From: a virus
Length of the DNA stretch: 64,000 nt
Reading direction: 5' to 3' (one strand)
IMG/VR virus record: IMGVR_UViG_3300036715_001140
Span: 64,001-128,000 of that record
The first letter of the stretch is position 1; every line of letters begins with the position of its first letter. Positions 58,346 through 64,000 of the stretch are shown piece after piece. Both the position numbers and the translations under genes were made by a program. Under the pieces are notes generated by a model, which saw only the letters and a list, made by a program, of their open reading frames with translations, did not search any database and had not been told where the DNA came from.

Positions 58346-59620
58346 GAAACTTTTTACTGAAGGTTTAAGTTTATTTTCTGATACTTTATACGTTTTACCT
58401 GTCTTATCTTCAACACGATAAGTTATGTCTGACTTAAGACCAACATCTGAGTCTTTATCCTCAGGTATAATAACTTCAATTATCTTTACTAATTTTTTAT
58501 TGTTGTTTTCATTTTTACAGTTTTGCAATCTATGGAAACTTCCAAGAGGCAAATGATTAAACATGATTTCGTCATCTTCTTCATCTTCTTCATCTTCAGA
58601 AGAATCTTCATCTTCATCCGAGATAATAAACCTCTCAAGGAATGAATCGAGAGATACAAATTCATCCTCTATTACTTCTTTATCTTCAACTATATTTACG
58701 ATGTATCCACCACACAACTCTGTAAGATTGAAATTGTATTCACCAAGCTTTATTACTACTGCTTGATTATCTTCAAGTGTTTCTACACCAAAAACTTCTC
58801 CACCTAAAGCATGAATAGATTCAACTAACATTCGTGCAATATTATTTCTGAAAGAAAGATACAACTCTACCGGGTTAACATAATCCATCCGTAGATTATC
58901 AGATGAATCAGTATGTTCAACCTCGGAACAACAACATCCTGTTTCCTTGTTATTAACAGTTTCCTCTTCAGTCTCAGTGCAAGCACACTCACAATTAACA
59001 TCATGTGAGGAGGAAGCCTTAGAGATAAAAATTGGAACATTCTCAACCAGTGAATAAAAACGACTCAGAAAATCTGTAATAAGTTGTGTAGTAATATCTT
59101 CACCTTTAATACCAGAAGCTAACAACCTTTTTTCTGCAAGATCCATACACTGAATACATGCATCAGAAGGATCATCAGGTTTTAACATACCATAGTCATT
59201 AGACATAAATGGGTGCCCACAAAATTGACAGGTTATACTAATAGGATCATTATCTCCATCTTCAGTAATAGTCTCTGCATCTTTTACAGAATCAGTTTTA
59301 TCTTCAGTTATGGTTGTCTTAACTGAATTGGTTACTACTACCTCTGGTTGAAGATCTGCTTCAGTTTTAACTGCTTCCTCAAACTCTGTAGTATCTTTTT
59401 CTACATAATACTTGCTACCTTTAGTAACTATATCAGATAGTAGAACCACAATATACTTATCTGATACTTTAACATTAACTGCAACACTATTTTCAGATTT
59501 TCCTACTACTGTACCGATACCATCTTTGAAATTAAGTTCTTTTCCTATCATTCTATTAATCCTTTCTCTGAGAGCTCTTTTAGCATTCCTATCTAACGTT
59601 GACATTTTATTTCCTTTCAT
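58343..59620 (-). CDS. acidic multidomain hypothetical protein with zinc finger
   Basis: CQFC...CIQC; acidic linkers. Confidence 0.65.
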   Translation of the reverse strand: MKGNKMSTLDRNAKRALRERINRMIGKELNFKDGIGTVVGKSENSVAVNVKVSDKYIVVLLSDIVTKGSKYYVEKDTTEFEEAVKTEADLQPEVVVTNSVKTTITEDKTDSVKDAETITEDGDNDPISITCQFCGHPFMSNDYGMLKPDDPSDACIQCMDLAEKRLLASGIKGEDITTQLITDFLSRFYSLVENVPIFISKASSSHDVNCECACTETEEETVNNKETGCCCSEVEHTDSSDNLRMDYVNPVELYLSFRNNIARMLVESIHALGGEVFGVETLEDNQAVVIKLGEYNFNLTELCGGYIVNIVEDKEVIEDEFVSLDSFLERFIISDEDEDSSEDEEDEEDDEIMFNHLPLGSFHRLQNCKNENNNKKLVKIIEVIIPEDKDSDVGLKSDITYRVEDKTGKTYKVSENKLKPSVKSF

Positions 59621-60034
59621 CTAACAAAGTCTAACTAAAGTGTAATTATAATCCATTGAGTGTTCACAACTATTATAAGGTTTACCACATACAGAACAAA
59701 CGTATCCTCTGAACTTAAAACTCTCAAAATAGCAAATTGCTGCAACTTGAATGTTTTTGTATCTACTATTAAGTATTAACAGTATTGTACTTATTGAAAT
59801 AAGATACACTGTGTACTTAACAATATCTACCTGTACCAATGATAAGATCAGGACTATAAAAGAAAACTTTATCATTCGAGATTCTCCTTTCTATATTTAT
59901 ATTGTGTAACACACTTCTCACAACATAAATATGCTTTTATTTTATTGCCTTGTTTATAGCATACAACTTGTGTTCCATCCAACAATTTTTTCTTACATTC
60001 AGTACACCGTGTCTTTTTATCTAACATAATAAAC

Positions 60035-60337
60035 TTATAATTTTGCAATTAAATTCTCCTTTCCTATAATCAAAGTATTTAAGTGATAAATTTTTACGGT
60101 ATAATAACTTCTAGGTCTTAAATGCTGCTTGTCTAGCTCATTCTTCTTTTTAGGTTTAACTAATTCTATCCAAGTTTCAAACTCTACCGTGACGTCACCA
60201 GAAAAGACAATCTCAAATTTAGACGATTTTAATTTATCTTCATAATCGTCTTGATCCTCGGGCTTTATGCTTTTGATTTTAAGCAGCATCCGACCTTTCA
60301 AAAATTTTCTTACATCTTTATCTAATAAAAAATACAT
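60035..60337 (-). CDS. hypothetical protein
   Basis: ORF track; GGAGG RBS. Confidence 0.55.
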   Translation of the reverse strand: MYFLLDKDVRKFLKGRMLLKIKSIKPEDQDDYEDKLKSSKFEIVFSGDVTVEFETWIELVKPKKKNELDKQHLRPRSYYTVKIYHLNTLIIGKENLIAKL

Positions 60338-60338
60338 T

Positions 60339-61370
60339 TCATATAGCCTCCTTTCTTTCTTTAAACACTGGAGAATAAAATACTTTAACAGAATCTATAC
60401 TTTGTATCACATTATCTGGTAGATGTATTTTAATCTCAGAAATAAAAGACTCATCGGTACTAAATATAATACTATTGTTATCTCTTTCTATCAAAGGCCA
60501 CTCTGTGGTTGATCTATAATCAGAAGGTACTTTTATGTCTGTAGAAAAAACAACTTCTTTTTCAGCATTGTAAAATAACAGTCTATAACTAGGTAATACA
60601 TTTGGTTCTTTATTGGTTAAAGTCCTAAACACTAGGTTATTTGTTTTTCCCACTATATAGTTAAAAGTTAATCCATGTGACTTAAATAAAAAAGAATACT
60701 CATTTGACTTTGTTTCTTCAGGTTTAACTACTGCAAACTTACTTAAAATTTCTCTACTATATAGAATCCAGTCTCTATTTAAAGATGTTTTAAGTACTAA
60801 CTTAACAGTAGTATTTAAACCATCAAAGTCTTCTACTACTTTATCCTGTATTATGACATCAAAACTCTTTGAAGGGAAATCTTCAAATATTTTAGAAATA
60901 AAGGTTTCTATGGAATCAGCCATAACTTTTCTATTTTTGATAGATGTGTCTAACAATCTTCCATCAAATTGTTGACTTGAAACGTCAAAATTTAAAAACT
61001 CTAAAAGGATTGGAGCTTTTTTAACTGTAGCTTCAACTGTTACAGTCCATTCATCTACATCTTGTTTCTGTATAGTATTTACAGTTTGAGATAAAACAGT
61101 ATAGGTTTTTATATACCCAAATGAGTAGTCTTTTATATATTCAGACAGTTTAAAATCTTCATAAATAGTTGAAGCTTCAAGATTAAATCCTACTACCTTT
61201 TTTATTGCATTATTTAAAGCAGCCTTCTCTGCGGCATAAAATGTATCACCTGTTCCAGTTACAACTACAGTCTCTTCAGCTTTATTATTATCTAAACATA
61301 AGCCACTGCTAGGTTCAATAAGAAATGTTAGATAAACAATTAGCCATATTAAGAGTATAAACTTTCTCAT
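60339..61370 (-). CDS. exported protein with FlgT-N/LPP20-like domain
   Basis: signal peptide; VVVTGTG...AEKAALNNAIKKVVG...GYIKTYTVL...VTVEATV. Confidence 0.6.
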   Translation of the reverse strand: MRKFILLIWLIVYLTFLIEPSSGLCLDNNKAEETVVVTGTGDTFYAAEKAALNNAIKKVVGFNLEASTIYEDFKLSEYIKDYSFGYIKTYTVLSQTVNTIQKQDVDEWTVTVEATVKKAPILLEFLNFDVSSQQFDGRLLDTSIKNRKVMADSIETFISKIFEDFPSKSFDVIIQDKVVEDFDGLNTTVKLVLKTSLNRDWILYSREILSKFAVVKPEETKSNEYSFLFKSHGLTFNYIVGKTNNLVFRTLTNKEPNVLPSYRLLFYNAEKEVVFSTDIKVPSDYRSTTEWPLIERDNNSIIFSTDESFISEIKIHLPDNVIQSIDSVKVFYSPVFKERKEAI

Positions 61371-61380
61371 TAGATGCTCC

Positions 61381-62268
61381 TTAGTTGTTTAAAACAAATG
61401 CAACCTTTGCATTTTTGAGATAATTGGTTAGTTTATTAGACTCTTCTAGTTTTAGAATATCTTCTTTTGATAAGACTATTGAAGTATCTTCATCTGAAAC
61501 TTTAACAGCTTTAATAACCAATGGATTCGATACTCCTCTATGCTTTAAGATACTTATAGCTTTATCAACTTTTGTTGTATACTCTGCAATGCTGTGCATA
61601 ACTAAAACATCAAAATTAACCATGTTAGGATCATATACTATTTTCCCATCTAAAGATATTAATCTGTTATTTAAAGAAGGTCTAAATTTTAAACCACTTA
61701 CATCAACAACTATACCATCATACTCTTTTGATACTGTGCCTATTACTGAATCTTTGACTTCAGTTACATCTTTTGACGATACTCTTTTAGTATTAAAAGG
61801 TGTGTCTAACAAACGGTACAACTCTTTCATATAGTCTTTTATATTTATCTTAACTATTACTTCTCCTGCATCAGTAAGCTCATTATAATTAGAATACACC
61901 GTTTGTACTTTTTTCAAAAACCTTTTAGATGTTATCTTTACAGTAAAAGAGTTTTTAAGCAAAACAGACAATTCATCTTCTGAATTTAAACTGAACCCTT
62001 CTAAGTATTTAGCTACCTCTGAGTAAGCTGCTAATAACGCAGCTCTTTTTGCCATTATTGCTTTTTGAGAGTCTGAAGCTAATGTTGTATCTGCAGGTAT
62101 TTCAGCATAAAAATACATTTCATTATTATCTATATAAAACATTCCTTGATTTATTTTGGATCTGTCTATTCCATTATCTTCAGCCCACTTTGTAATACCT
62201 TGAAAAGATGCATGAGATACAGAATGAGTCAATACAACTATAATGACCACTATTATTAATCTTAACAT
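61381..62268 (-). CDS. exported LPP20-like protein
   Basis: signal peptide from ATG 62268 (AAGGAG RBS); MAKRAALLAAY...YDGIVVDVSGLKFRPSL...NPLVIKA...KVAFVL. Confidence 0.6.
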   Translation of the reverse strand: MLRLIIVVIIVVLTHSVSHASFQGITKWAEDNGIDRSKINQGMFYIDNNEMYFYAEIPADTTLASDSQKAIMAKRAALLAAYSEVAKYLEGFSLNSEDELSVLLKNSFTVKITSKRFLKKVQTVYSNYNELTDAGEVIVKINIKDYMKELYRLLDTPFNTKRVSSKDVTEVKDSVIGTVSKEYDGIVVDVSGLKFRPSLNNRLISLDGKIVYDPNMVNFDVLVMHSIAEYTTKVDKAISILKHRGVSNPLVIKAVKVSDEDTSIVLSKEDILKLEESNKLTNYLKNAKVAFVLNN

Positions 62269-62429
62269 GTCATTCTCCTTTAAATTGTGTATGAAAGCAT
62301 CTGTATACTCTATCATATCCATTAGTTAATTCAAAGTAGAGTATCGTGTACAACTCCCATACTAGAAAGATTAATCTCTAGCTCCTTATTAAACTCAGAT
62401 ACTGTAAATGACTTATTTTTAATGGACTT

Positions 62430-63053
62430 TCATAATACCTCCAAATCAATATCTTTATACTCAAGTTTATTCAATCCAACGAAACGAGTATTACCTATAA
62501 CTTGGTCTATACTCTGATGCCAATGTCCAAATACCCACAACTTAGGTTTATGTATTTCATACATAGCTTGAAGTGCTTGCCGTGTACGGCTTTCATTTTG
62601 ACTCTTATGAATGCCAAGTAAAGGCAGTACACTTTCAGGACAATCATGACTTACTACAACTTTTGGAGTTGAATATTGATAATTACATATAGCATGTCCC
62701 AATTGTTTAATTGACAATTCTTCTTCTCTCCACCAATCAACTCCTTCTACTCTTTTATATTGATCTATGCTATATGCACCGCCAAGATAAAAAATACCGT
62801 TCATATAAAAACCATCAGATATTACATTCAAACATTTATAAGCTATCTCAGGGTTATCGTGGTTGCCTCTTATTATCTTATGCCTTGTACTTAAGGAGTT
62901 TAGAAAAGAGGTATCCTTAATAAATCCGAAACCAAAATCACCAACTTGAATTGATTGAGTGCATCCTTGAATTGTTTTTAAATACCATTCAACGGACTCA
63001 TCTAATCCACCATGTATATCGCCTATAAATCGTGTTTTCACACTCATGATCAA
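62430..63053 (-). CDS. calcineurin-like metallophosphoesterase
   Basis: GDIHG, QVGDFG, RGNHD, GGAYSID, SHDCP, FGHWH. Confidence 0.92.
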   Translation of the reverse strand: MIMSVKTRFIGDIHGGLDESVEWYLKTIQGCTQSIQVGDFGFGFIKDTSFLNSLSTRHKIIRGNHDNPEIAYKCLNVISDGFYMNGIFYLGGAYSIDQYKRVEGVDWWREEELSIKQLGHAICNYQYSTPKVVVSHDCPESVLPLLGIHKSQNESRTRQALQAMYEIHKPKLWVFGHWHQSIDQVIGNTRFVGLNKLEYKDIDLEVL

Positions 63054-63163
63054 TCCTCCACCTCCTCATAAATCACATCTAAAACTTAAATGTACGCCAA
63101 TTACTTGGTCCTTCTACTTCGAAATAAATCCGGTTTTAAAGGATGACCGGAAACCATTTTATG

Positions 63164-63751
63164 CTAAATCTGTGCCATTGCGTCTATAATAATGTCGGAA
63201 GTAACTGGATAAGGTTTAGGTAAGGCACACATATCCATTACATAGAATCTTGAATCTTCATCAATCAGAAGCAAGCCTTTTGTTTCTTCCAGGACTAACT
63301 GAATCTCTGCAATTCTTGATTCCTTCAACTTTTTCCGGCCTACTATCAAAAGCATATCTTCACGCTTGATAGTACACACACCGCAACCACCTTCAGAATA
63401 ATCAGCTACTTTAAGAAAAATCGTTTCCAACAAGTTCACTGTTTGTTCAATGTTTCGTTTTTTCAACTTTTTCTTTTCAACTTTTTCTTCATCTGTCTTA
63501 TTAGAACTGTCAGAGATGTAAGAGCTGTTAGGTGAACCACATCTACCGTTTTCTACTAGAATATGGATACAATCATAATCTGTATCCGTTTTCATACAAA
63601 GACCAGAATCATTTAAATATTCACAAACTTTCTTAAAAGCACCATTGTTGGCAAGGTCTGCACAGTACTCATGGCAATAACTTTTTGCCTTCTTTGAAAA
63701 GTTTTCACAATTAGGATTAGCACACTTTACAACATTCTTTTTCTTTCCCAT
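63164..63751 (-). CDS. Cys-rich hypothetical protein
   Basis: ORF track; AAGGAG RBS. Confidence 0.6.
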   Translation of the reverse strand: MGKKKNVVKCANPNCENFSKKAKSYCHEYCADLANNGAFKKVCEYLNDSGLCMKTDTDYDCIHILVENGRCGSPNSSYISDSSNKTDEEKVEKKKLKKRNIEQTVNLLETIFLKVADYSEGGCGVCTIKREDMLLIVGRKKLKESRIAEIQLVLEETKGLLLIDEDSRFYVMDMCALPKPYPVTSDIIIDAMAQI

Positions 63752-63861
63752 TTTACTTTCTCCTTTTTTGTTAGTGGTTGATAAATAGTTTGCATACTCG
63801 CCAATTGCTTTCTACACTCTAAATAAAATCAGCCTCACCTCCTTCAACTCTTGTTTATACT

Positions 63862-63897
63862 AAAAAGGTGTATACCGATAATTCAGTATACACCTTT
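63862..63897 (-). terminator. intrinsic terminator
   Basis: AAAGGTGTATAC/GTATACACCTTT stem plus T-tract on the minus strand. Confidence 0.75.
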
Positions 63898-64000
63898 AAT
63901 GATAGATTTCGTACTTATTATATGAGCAATTGCCTATCTACTTATTAATTCTTGTTTTATTTTGTAGCTTTTGCAATTGCTTCTTTAAGAGAGAATTTTA

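Overview
AT-rich, gene-dense window in which essentially every real gene lies on the minus strand. The content reads as part of a large (jumbo-type) dsDNA phage genome: many short orphan ORFs, CCA-encoded tRNAs, nucleotide metabolism and replication genes, and no rRNA or ribosomal-protein operons. Recognisable proteins: thymidylate kinase, class II ribonucleotide reductase (NrdJ) with a Gln-terminated LAGLIDADG-type intein, NrdC.11-like nucleotidyltransferase, several phosphoesterases, radical SAM enzyme, Zn deaminase, HslV-like Ntn hydrolase, YqeY, single-domain response regulator, cold-shock protein, CorA, Dda/RecD-like helicase, type IB topoisomerase, both type IIA topoisomerase subunits, SLT, NADAR, two HNH proteins and basic/acidic low-complexity proteins. 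The RNA layer is the most unusual part. It has five intact uninterrupted tRNAs, a decayed tRNA-Thr, a 440-nt tmRNA with a 25-aa tag, and a tRNA-Leu(UAA) interrupted by a group I intron at an apparently non-canonical site (31/32, after an A). There are also three ORF-free structured RNA candidates (one 6S-like rod, two pseudoknotted) and a uORF-coupled RBS-occluding hairpin. A recurrent motif ACTGTWAATA upstream of transcription units looks like a phage-specific promoter. An anaerobic, possibly Geobacter-like host is only an inference from NrdJ, Csp and the tmRNA tag. All RNA structures were paired by eye and all protein calls are motif-based; no database search was run.
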